Assembly: GCA_964470715.1 (NCBI GenBank)
Contig: CAYYDZ010000001.1
Location: forward strand, 3,960-67,959
Direction: 5' to 3'
Source: an uncultured Microthrixaceae bacterium
GTDB taxonomy: Bacteria; Actinomycetota; Acidimicrobiia; Acidimicrobiales; DATDAH01
DNA length: 64,000 bases
The position numbers were made by a program, and so were the translations under genes. The notes below the pieces were generated by a model. It ran no database searches. It saw only the letters and a list, made by a program, of their open reading frames with translations, and was not told the DNA's origin. Within the stretch, counting starts at the first letter, position 1. Every line of letters begins with the position of its first letter. Below are positions 19,212 to 27,410 of this stretch, in pieces.

Positions 19212-19254
19212 GGATGCCGAAGGCGCTCCGAGGGACGAGGAGCCGGTGTCAGGC
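19192..19254 (-). repeat. R1 repeat, copy A (abuts the lyase stop codon)
   Basis: GCAGCGAAGCCTCACGAACCGGATGCCGAAGGCGCTCCGAGGGACGAGGAGCCGGTGTCAGGC. The TCA at 19249-19251 is the complement of the gene's stop codon. Confidence 0.6.
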
Positions 19255-20187
19255 GGTGCGGGTGAAGCCGGCGCGCTCGCCGCGGGCGACGACCTTGAGG
19301 GCGACCTTGCGGCTGGCCTCGTCGATCATCTCGTCGCCCATCATGACGGCGCCCTTGCGTTCGCCCGTGGTGGTGGCCTCCTCGTAGGCGTCGAGCACGG
19401 CCCAGGCGTGGTCGAACTGCTCCTGGTTGGGGCCGAACACCTCGTTGAGGATGGTGACCTGGTCGGGGTGCAGGGCCCACTTGCCGTCGTAGCCCAGGAT
19501 CTGGGTGCGGGTGCAGAAGTCCCGGAAGCCCTCGTTGTCACGGACCTTGACGTAGGGGCCGTCGATGACCTGGAGCCCGTTGGCGCGGCCCGCCATCAAG
19601 ATCTTCATGAAGGGGTAGTGGAAGTAGTCGCCGGGGTACTCGGGGATCTGGAGCCCACCCTGCAGCGAGGGCATCTCCATCGAGGCCGAGAAGTCGACCG
19701 GGCCGAGGATGATGGTCTCGGTGCGGGGGGAGGCGGCGCAGATCTCCTCGACGTTGATGAGGCCCTGGGCGGTCTCGATCTGGGCCTCGATGCCGATGTG
19801 GCCGATGGGCAGGCCCGCCTTCTTCTCGACCTGGGTGAGCAGCAGGTCCATGGCCACGACCTCGGCCGCGGTCTGCACCTTGGGAAGCATGATCTCCTCG
19901 AGGCGCTCGCCGGCGTTGCCGACGACCTCGATGATGTCGTAGGCGGTCCACTCGGTGTCCCAGGCGTTGACGCGGACGCACAGCACCTTCTCGCCCCAGT
20001 CCTGGGTCTTGATGGCCTCGACCACCTTGGAGCGGGAGGCCTCCTTCTCGAGCGGGGAGACGGAGTCCTCGAGGTCGAGGAAGATCATGTCGGCGGGGAT
20101 GTTGGGGCCCTTGCCGAGCATCTTCTCGCTGGAGCCGGGGATCGACAGGCAGGAGCGGCGCGGCAGGTTGCGGGTGCGTTCGGACAT
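19249..20187 (-). CDS. HpcH/HpaI-CitE family acyl-CoA lyase, malyl-CoA/beta-methylmalyl-CoA/citramalyl-CoA lyase-like
   Basis: Lies within track ORF 19249..20502. Start at ATG 20187 (MSERTRNLPRRSCLSIPGS). Contains FLDLEDSV, LCVRVN..DT, IMLPKV, GPVDFSASM and LGYDGKWALHPDQV..LNEVF, closely resembling Mcl-type lyases. Confidence 0.85.
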   Translation of the reverse strand: MSERTRNLPRRSCLSIPGSSEKMLGKGPNIPADMIFLDLEDSVSPLEKEASRSKVVEAIKTQDWGEKVLCVRVNAWDTEWTAYDIIEVVGNAGERLEEIMLPKVQTAAEVVAMDLLLTQVEKKAGLPIGHIGIEAQIETAQGLINVEEICAASPRTETIILGPVDFSASMEMPSLQGGLQIPEYPGDYFHYPFMKILMAGRANGLQVIDGPYVKVRDNEGFRDFCTRTQILGYDGKWALHPDQVTILNEVFGPNQEQFDHAWAVLDAYEEATTTGERKGAVMMGDEMIDEASRKVALKVVARGERAGFTRTA

Positions 20188-20300
20188 GGCGCCGATCGTA
20201 GGTCCGGCCCCCGCAGCCGCACCAAGGCGACGGACCCGGGGCGAGCTCGAGGACGCAGGCCGTCCGGCGACGACAGACCCGGTGCCGCGCCGGGCGACGT

Positions 20301-20378
20301 GGCGGAGCGAAGCGAAGCCGCAGCGGCGGCGAACCGGATGCCGAAGGCGGTCCGACGAAGGAGGACCCGGTGTCAGGC
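20301..20378 (-). repeat. R1 repeat, copy B (abuts the stop of the DUF885-like gene)
   Basis: GGCGGAGCGAAGCGAAGCCGCAGCGGCGGCGAACCGGATGCCGAAGGCGGTCCGACGAAGGAGGACCCGGTGTCAGGC. It shares CGAACCGGATGCCGAAGGCG and CCGGTGTCAGGC with copy A. TCA 20373-20375 is the complement of the stop. Confidence 0.6.
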
Positions 20379-21584
20379 CGGCTGGAGCTGCGCCGGCGTG
20401 AGGGGCTCGGAGAGGAGGCGCTCGAAGCGGGCGGGGTCGCCGCCGACCCAGGCCCGGCACAGGGGCAGGCCCTCGACGTAGCAGCTGATGTACGACCGCC
20501 ATGTGGGGTCCATCAGGAACGACACGGCCTTCTCGGCTCGGGCCTTTGGCAGCAGGGACCAGCGCGACAGGTAGGCGACGGCGTCGTCGGGGTCGGCGCC
20601 GTCCTCGTGCAGGAGCAGGGCGGCGTTGCCCCGGACCTTGTCGAGGGACCCTGCCGCCTCCGCCACCCCGGCCACGACCTCGGCGTCGTAGGGGATCCCG
20701 AGAGCCCGCAGGTGCTCAGCCACCACCGGTTCGGGCCGCTCCCCCAACAGCACCTCGAGGCCGAGGTCGGCGAGGCCCTCGGCCAGTAGGCACTGCGGCG
20801 TGCCCACCAGGAAGATCGTCTCTTCGAGGTGACCCCGCCGGCGCACGAGCCCGACCTCCTTGCGACTGTGCTCGGTGTGGTGGCCGGGGTAGGCCTCGTG
20901 GGCAACGAGGTGCGCGAGCGTCGGGCTGAGGACGGGCAGGTCGACGTTGATGGCCACCCGGCTGCGCAGGCCGCCCTCGTAGTAGTTGAAGCCCGACCAT
21001 GGCTGGTCGCGCACGAGCTCGAACTCGACGTGCTCGCCCTCCGGCAGGCCGAACATCGCGTCGGTGCGGGCCCGGAAGTCCTCGGCCAGCGAGGCGATGG
21101 CGGCGCCCAGCCGCTCGGGCGGGACCGCCTGCGATTCCCGCCACGTCCCGTAGCGCTCGGCCAGCGCCCCCGTGCCGGGCAGCACCTCGTCGAGGGCAGC
21201 GTGGGCGGCGGTGAAGCGCTCCTCCGGCACCCGCTCGGGGCGCACGCCGTAGCAGGACTCGACCTCGTCGGAGTACCCGATGGCGTCGCCCCGCAACTTC
21301 GCCGCGGTGGTGACGAGGCCGGCGCACTGGGCCCGCAACCAGCGCCGGCGACCGGCGTCCATGCCGTCGAGGTCGCCCGGCGCGTCGAGGTCGGCGACCA
21401 GCCGCGACGCCTCGGCCACCAGCTCGCCGAGATCGGTCTTCGCTTCGTCGTCCACCCGGCGGGCCAGCGCCGGCGGCCCGTAGTAGGCGTCGACCAAACC
21501 GTCGAGGTGCCGCCCGAGGCGCAGCCCGAGCAGCAGGTACCGCTCGACGACCGCGCCGGCGACTACGCCGGTGTGGTCGCTCAC
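20373..21584 (-). CDS. Putative metallopeptidase-like protein (HEAYPGHH motif; DUF885-like)
   Basis: Lies within track ORF 20373..22058. Start at GTG 21584 (VSDHTGVV) with GAGGGGGAG upstream. About 404 aa. The HEAYPGHHTEH motif resembles the DUF885 metal site. The functional call is tentative. Confidence 0.6.
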   Translation of the reverse strand: MSDHTGVVAGAVVERYLLLGLRLGRHLDGLVDAYYGPPALARRVDDEAKTDLGELVAEASRLVADLDAPGDLDGMDAGRRRWLRAQCAGLVTTAAKLRGDAIGYSDEVESCYGVRPERVPEERFTAAHAALDEVLPGTGALAERYGTWRESQAVPPERLGAAIASLAEDFRARTDAMFGLPEGEHVEFELVRDQPWSGFNYYEGGLRSRVAINVDLPVLSPTLAHLVAHEAYPGHHTEHSRKEVGLVRRRGHLEETIFLVGTPQCLLAEGLADLGLEVLLGERPEPVVAEHLRALGIPYDAEVVAGVAEAAGSLDKVRGNAALLLHEDGADPDDAVAYLSRWSLLPKARAEKAVSFLMDPTWRSYISCYVEGLPLCRAWVGGDPARFERLLSEPLTPAQLQPA

Positions 21585-21598
21585 CGCTCCCCCTCGCC

Positions 21599-21650
21599 CG
21601 TTCTGGCGCCTGATTCGATGCCCCTGGCCAGTAGATCGGGCGCCAGATCG
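21599..21650. repeat. R2 palindromic repeat, copy 1
   Basis: CGTTCTGGCGCCTGAT, a 20-nt loop, then ATCGGGCGCCAGATCG. The stem is 13 bp with one mismatch. It lies between the dienelactone hydrolase stop and the start of the DUF885-like gene. Confidence 0.55.
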
Positions 21651-21690
21651 AGAGCTCGACGGGAAGCGGCACCGACCGCGATCGGGCTCG

Positions 21691-22383
21691 TCATCCGAGG
21701 TGGGCCCGGAGGAAGGACAGGGTGCGGGTGAAGGCCTCGTGGGCGGCGTCGGCGTCGTGGGCCGGCGAGGTCTCGTCGAAGAAGCCCGGGGCGGCGCCGT
21801 AGGTGAACACGTCGAGGGACAATTTGAGATGGCGGGCGGCGTCCTCGACCCGGCCCAGTTCACCCCGGCGATCCGGCATCCCGGCCAGGCCGTAGTGGGC
21901 CTCGACCGGTGTCTGCAGGGCGGACCAGCTGCCGGCGACGTCCTCGGCCAGCACGGGGGCATCCACCAGGACCAGGGCCCGCACGTCGTCCGGGCGCCCG
22001 GCGGCGAGCTCGAGGCCCACGTGACCCCCGCCGTCGCCCGACCCCAGCACGCCCACACCCTTGCCGTGGACCATCGGGTGCACCTCCGCGGCGGCGACCA
22101 CGCCGGCGAGGCGCTGCAGCAGCACTGGCACGTTGATGGCGAGCACCGCCCGTTCGCTGCCCGCTGGCACCACGAGATCCGGCGCCGCCGCGGTGAAGCC
22201 CTCGGCCGCGAAGCGCTCGCAGACGGCGACCGCGGCGGCGTCAGCGGCCAGCGCCGGGCCCAGGACGATCAGCGCCGGGCCGGCGCTCCCGTGCCCGGGC
22301 GTGGCCAGGTAGCCGTCGACGGGCGCGTCGCCGGCGTCGACCGCACCCCCGGTCCCTTCGCTCAGACGGACACGGCCGCCCAT
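21691..22383 (-). CDS. Dienelactone hydrolase family protein
   Basis: Lies within track ORF 21691..22485. Start at ATG 22383 (MGGRVRL). Contains DGYLATP...GPALIVL, AEGFTAAAPDL and a C-terminal ...AHEAFTRTLSFLRAHL. The nucleophile motif was not clearly seen. Confidence 0.65.
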   Translation of the reverse strand: MGGRVRLSEGTGGAVDAGDAPVDGYLATPGHGSAGPALIVLGPALAADAAAVAVCERFAAEGFTAAAPDLVVPAGSERAVLAINVPVLLQRLAGVVAAAEVHPMVHGKGVGVLGSGDGGGHVGLELAAGRPDDVRALVLVDAPVLAEDVAGSWSALQTPVEAHYGLAGMPDRRGELGRVEDAARHLKLSLDVFTYGAAPGFFDETSPAHDADAAHEAFTRTLSFLRAHLG

Positions 22384-22384
22384 G

Positions 22385-22849
22385 TCAGTAGGTGCCGCCC
22401 AGCTTGTTGTGGTCCCAGGAGACGACCTTCTCGGCGGTGATGACCACGGCCGAGCGCTTGTGGGCGAGGCCGGCGGCCACGGCATCGAGGTCGTCGGGGT
22501 TCTCGACGCCGAAGTAGCGGTCCACCACCGAGCGGGCCACCGGCATCACGACCTCGGGATCCTCGGTGACCTCGGCGGTCCCCACGATCTCGACGCCGCG
22601 GAGCTTGTCGTACTCGTCGCCGTCTTCGACCAGCACGGTGATGCGGTTGTCGCGCTTGAGGTTCAGGATCTTCTGGGACTTGGTGAAGGTCTCGAAGGCG
22701 GGCTTGCCGTCGATGAACCCGTACCACATGGCCACGAGGTGGATGTTGCCGTCGGGGCCGAAGGTGGCGATGTTCATGGTCTGGCGCTCGTGGAGGAAGG
22801 CGTCGACCTCCTCATCGGTCATACGGACGAGATCACGGCGTGAAGGCAT
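22385..22849 (-). CDS. PPOX-class (pyridoxamine 5-phosphate oxidase family) probable F420-dependent enzyme
   Basis: C-terminal 154 aa of track ORF 22385..23680. Start at ATG 22849 (MPSRRDLVRMTDEEVDAFLHERQTMNIATFGPDGNIHLVAMWY...). Confidence 0.8.
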   Translation of the reverse strand: MPSRRDLVRMTDEEVDAFLHERQTMNIATFGPDGNIHLVAMWYGFIDGKPAFETFTKSQKILNLKRDNRITVLVEDGDEYDKLRGVEIVGTAEVTEDPEVVMPVARSVVDRYFGVENPDDLDAVAAGLAHKRSAVVITAEKVVSWDHNKLGGTY

Positions 22850-23049
22850 GGCGGCGATGCTACGGGGCGACCCGGCCGGGCGGCGCCGCCGACCGATCGG
22901 CGTCCGACGGCTACTGCGTTCGGGGCGCTGCCGTGTCGCGAACGACCAGGGGCGATCCCGATCCCGACGCGGATGTTCGCAAGGCGGCCATCGCCGTGAC
23001 GGTCGCCACCGAGGTGCTCGGCGTACCCACAGCGGGGCGATCGCCAGCG

Positions 23050-23847
23050 CTACAGATCGACGAGCAGTTCGGCCGCCACGGGGCAGTCGGTGCGCCGGAG
23101 GGCGTCGGCGACGGGGAGCGGGCCGGTGGGGCCGACCACCTGGTCGACGAGGTCGAGGGGGACGATCTCGTCGTCGGCCTCCCAGGGCTCGGCGGCCACG
23201 TCGACCCGGCCGACCAGGGCGTCCCACACCCGTTGGGGTACGAGACGGCCGACGCCGGCCACCAGCCAGACCGGGGTGCCGTTGTGGCGGGCCACGGCGG
23301 CCGCCGCCCGGGAGCCCGCCACGCCGACGAACCCCTCGGGGCCGACGGCCGAAGCCTCCAGCACCACGACGTCGGCGGCGGCGGCGGCCGCGCCCAGCCC
23401 GTGGGTGGCGACGTCCAGGGCGTCGACGTCGGCGGCGAGCAGGCGCCGCACCAGGCCCGAGCCCTCGCCCAGCACGTCCACCACGAGCGCCTCGACGTCG
23501 CCCCGGCGGGGCAGGGCGTCGCCGGCCACGTCGGGCCAACCGAGCAGGCAGAGGGTGGCGTCTTCGGGCAGCGCCCGGCTGAGCTCGAGGGCGGTGCGAT
23601 CGGCGTCCATCTCGTCGGCGGCCCGCCACGCCTCGGGCATGGGGTCGTTGGCGGTGAGCACCCGCCCGCACAGCCACCACAGCGCCCCGCAGGCCGGATG
23701 GCGGGAGACGATGCGTCGGCAGGCCGTCACCATGCCGGCGGGGTCCGACCCGAATGCGCCGAGCGCCGAGGCCGTCTCCTGCACCAGCAGCGACTGGTCG
23801 ACCCCCGAGGCCCGGGCCACGTAGCGGAGGCGCTCGATGGGGTGCAT
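23050..23847 (-). CDS. Hypothetical protein with eIF-2B alpha/beta/delta-like C-terminal fold
   Basis: Lies within track ORF 23050..24555. Start at ATG 23847 (MHPIERLRYVARASG). The block ALVVDVLGEGSGLVRRL...ADVVVLEASAVGPEGFVGVAGSRAAAAVARHNGTPVWLVAG resembles the eIF2B/MtnA Rossmann-like core. Confidence 0.5.
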   Translation of the reverse strand: MHPIERLRYVARASGVDQSLLVQETASALGAFGSDPAGMVTACRRIVSRHPACGALWWLCGRVLTANDPMPEAWRAADEMDADRTALELSRALPEDATLCLLGWPDVAGDALPRRGDVEALVVDVLGEGSGLVRRLLAADVDALDVATHGLGAAAAAADVVVLEASAVGPEGFVGVAGSRAAAAVARHNGTPVWLVAGVGRLVPQRVWDALVGRVDVAAEPWEADDEIVPLDLVDQVVGPTGPLPVADALRRTDCPVAAELLVDL

Positions 23848-23970
23848 GGCGGCGAGGGTACCGCCGGCCGGCCGCCCGGGGCCGGGCACATCCGGCCGGG
23901 ATCCGCGCCGAGATCGCGGCCGGCGCCGGAGTTCGTTCGGGTGGGGACGGGCCGTGTAGTTTCTGCGGCC

Positions 23971-24474
23971 GTGGCGACTGCTCCTCCTGCCGACCTCGAG
24001 CTCACCCCGCTGGACGGCGAGGGCCGCCCCCTCGCCGAGTGGCTCACCACCTTCCGCCTCGTGACGGTCGTCATCGACCCGTTCACCTGGGAGAGCAGCT
24101 GGCTCCTCAAGACCGCCGGCCGGGTCCTCAGCGCCTACGCCGACGCCGACTGCCGCACGGCCTTCCTCGTGACCGGCAACGAGGACGAGGCCCGTCAGTT
24201 CCTCGGCCCGTGGACCGAGCGCATCCTCACCTTCACCGACCCCGACCGAGCTGCGGTGAAGGCCCTGGGCCTCGAGCAGCTGCCGGCGCTCGTGCACATC
24301 GCCCAGGACGGCACCCTCGTGGGTGTCGCCGAAGGCTGGCAGGCCCCGGAGTGGAACGAGGTGGCGCACGAGCTGAGCCGCGTCCTCAGGTGGAGCACCC
24401 CGGTGATCCCCGCCCACGGCGATCCCGGCCCCTTCGAGGGCTCCCCCGCCCTCGGCGCCCCCGCCGACGTCTGA
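23971..24474 (+). CDS. Thioredoxin-fold (TlpA/AhpC-like) protein lacking the CxxC motif
   Basis: C-terminal part of track ORF 22840..24474. GTG starts at 23941 or 23971. Contains LVTVVIDPFTWESSWLL...AFLVTGNEDEARQF...LPALVHIAQDG. TWES replaces the position where a redox WCxxC would sit. Confidence 0.5.
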   Translation: MATAPPADLELTPLDGEGRPLAEWLTTFRLVTVVIDPFTWESSWLLKTAGRVLSAYADADCRTAFLVTGNEDEARQFLGPWTERILTFTDPDRAAVKALGLEQLPALVHIAQDGTLVGVAEGWQAPEWNEVAHELSRVLRWSTPVIPAHGDPGPFEGSPALGAPADV

Positions 24475-24537
24475 CGCCACCCGTCCACCACCGACGGTGG
24501 GCGACCGCTCCCGTCTGCCCGCCCCGACGCCACCTCT

Positions 24538-24575
24538 GGAGGAAATACCAGTCACAGGTGACGGGTATTTCCTCC
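24538..24575. terminator. Near-perfect 38-bp AT-enriched palindrome between convergent genes (candidate bidirectional terminator or protein site)
   Basis: GGAGGAAATACCAGTCAC-ag-GTGACGGGTATTTCCTCC. There is one mismatch in 18 bp. It stands out against the GC-rich background. Confidence 0.35.
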
Positions 24576-24631
24576 ACCTCGTCGCCCTCGGGCCGCCCTG
24601 GCCACCGTCCGTGGCGTCGGCGCCGGCTCGC

Positions 24632-26053
<1,422 letters not shown>

Positions 26054-26091
26054 CTACCCGACGCTACCGGTGCCACCCCGCCCCCCGCCGA

Positions 26092-26426
26092 CGTTCTGGG
26101 CGGCTCGAACCGCCGACAGCGGCTGACAGCGGCCTCATCGCTCCGAGATCCAGGCCGACGACGCGTCCGGCCCTGGATCTCGCGGTTCTGGGAAGCCTCA
26201 GACCGCTCTCGCCGGACGAACGGCTCCCGGAACGGGCGTGCAAGGCCGGGTGACCACGAGGCGCTCCACCCGCTTCGCACGGGGAAGCCGCCGACCGCTG
26301 CGCCGATCTGACCGGCTCCCGGAACGGGCTGGCAACCCTCAGCGACCGAGCGGCACCGCACCGCCCGTACTGGGAAGCCCCAGACCGCCCGGGACGGTCC
26401 ACGGACTCCGAGAAGACGGGTCAGGG
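26092..26426 (-). repeat. Tandem array of about 3.5 degenerate R1-like units (about 90-100 bp each) between the esterase stop and the fumC start
   Basis: Units begin near 26092, 26185, 26281 and 26370. The core GGGAAGCC(N3)GACCGC recurs three times. GGCTCCCGGAACGGGC recurs twice (26222, 26314). The last unit ends GGGTCAGGG, containing the esterase stop (TCA 26421-26423). Confidence 0.55.
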
Positions 26427-27305
26427 GGCGCCGGCGAGCGGGTGGGCGGCGAGGAAGGCCCAGATGGCGTCGTTGAGGAGGGCCTGCCCGGCCTGGGGCA
26501 GGGTCTCGAGCGCGGCGCCCTCTACACAGCCCTCGTAGACCGAGGCCGTGAGGCTGCCGGTGCCCGTGGCGCCGGCCGCCACCGTCTCAGAGGAAGGCAC
26601 GTCGTCGCAGCCGTAGCGCGCCACCCACGGGCCGATGCCCCCGTCGAAGCCGGGGAGCACCACCAGCGGGACCGGGCGTTGCTGGTCGCACGGGTCAGGG
26701 TCGATGACATCGCCGACGAAGGCGGCCGCGGCGACCTGACGGGACCGGTCACACACGAGCCGGGCGGCGAAGGAGGAGCCGTCGCCGTTGCCCGCCACGT
26801 AGATGCGCGCCGGGTCGACGCAGAAGTCCGCCGCCGCCCGCTCGAGCATGGCGTCCACGAAGGCCAGGTCGGCCGACTCGGCCGAGGTGTCCCACGTCGG
26901 AGGATCGCCCAGGGCCTGCGGGCTCAGCAGGACGAACCCGTCTGCGTCGGCCGACCCTCGCAGGCCGCTCGTCTCGTCCTGCTGCGCCGCGGTCGCTCCG
27001 GTGTTGTGGAGGCTCACCACCACCGGCATCGACACCCCCTCGTAGGAGGTCGGGATGTACTGGAGGTAGGAGCGGGCGGCGCCGTCCACCTCCACGGTCT
27101 CGACCGTGGCTCCGGGGGCGACGTCGCCGCCGGCCGTGCAGGTCGGATCGAGGTTCGCCTCGAGTTGCTCGGGGCTGAGGGTGGTGGCGGTGCTCGACGG
27201 CGGTCCCGCCACCGACGCCGGAAGGTCGGCGCTCCCGCACCCCGCGGCAACGGCGAGGACCAGCACCGCCGCCACACCACGCCTCACGACCGCCCGGTTG
27301 CGCAT
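26421..27305 (-). CDS. Secreted lipoprotein, PHB-depolymerase/LpqC-like esterase family
   Basis: 294 aa. Signal peptide with lipobox (VAAGC). Contains SYLQYIP..Y....MPVVVSLH and RIYVAGNGDGSSFA. The family assignment comes from overall pattern and the nucleophile position is ambiguous. Confidence 0.65.
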   Translation of the reverse strand: MRNRAVVRRGVAAVLVLAVAAGCGSADLPASVAGPPSSTATTLSPEQLEANLDPTCTAGGDVAPGATVETVEVDGAARSYLQYIPTSYEGVSMPVVVSLHNTGATAAQQDETSGLRGSADADGFVLLSPQALGDPPTWDTSAESADLAFVDAMLERAAADFCVDPARIYVAGNGDGSSFAARLVCDRSRQVAAAAFVGDVIDPDPCDQQRPVPLVVLPGFDGGIGPWVARYGCDDVPSSETVAAGATGTGSLTASVYEGCVEGAALETLPQAGQALLNDAIWAFLAAHPLAGAP

Positions 27306-27333
27306 CGCTTCGATCCGCCTATCGACGCGGCAC

Positions 27334-27410
27334 CGCGGAGCGGAGCAGCCGCGCCGCCAAACGGGATGGCGACGCCGCTCCGACGGCCGAGGAGCCGGTG
27401 TCGAGCCTCA
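27334..27410 (-). repeat. R1 repeat, copy C (3' of the ABC-F gene)
   Basis: GCGGAGCGGAGCAGCCGCGCCGCCAAACGGGATGGCGACGCCGCTCCGACGGCCGAGGAGCCGGTGTCGAGCCTCA aligns by eye with copy B along most of its length. Here GTGTCAGG has become GTGTCGAG, and the real stop lies 9 nt away. Confidence 0.5.

Noticed and set aside
19246-20481. SD-like GAAGGAGG or GAGGAG followed by GTG inside R1 repeats, opening plus-strand ORFs (19246..20481 and 20370..20789).
   Set aside because: These ORFs are entirely antisense to the well-supported lyase and DUF885-like genes, and their products are low-complexity. The SD-plus-GTG look is most likely a by-product of the repeat sequence.
24538-24575. The AT-rich palindrome as a chromosome dimer resolution (dif) site.
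   Set aside because: It does not resemble the XerC/XerD half-site plus 6-bp spacer organisation, because it has perfect 18-bp arms with a 2-nt centre. No other terminus-region hints were seen.
26092-26426. Possible CRISPR array, given the regularly spaced repeats in a long non-coding region.
   Set aside because: The repeating units are about 90-100 bp, degenerate and contiguous, with no unique spacers. There are no cas genes in the window. It fits a tandem interspersed-repeat array, not CRISPR.
26421-27305. The esterase lipoprotein as a pseudo-enzyme. At the expected GxSxG nucleophile elbow the sequence reads VAGNGDGSSFA.
   Set aside because: The alignment register is ambiguous without a real profile alignment, and G-S-S-F-A could still supply a nucleophilic Ser. 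The evidence is not strong enough to claim loss of activity.
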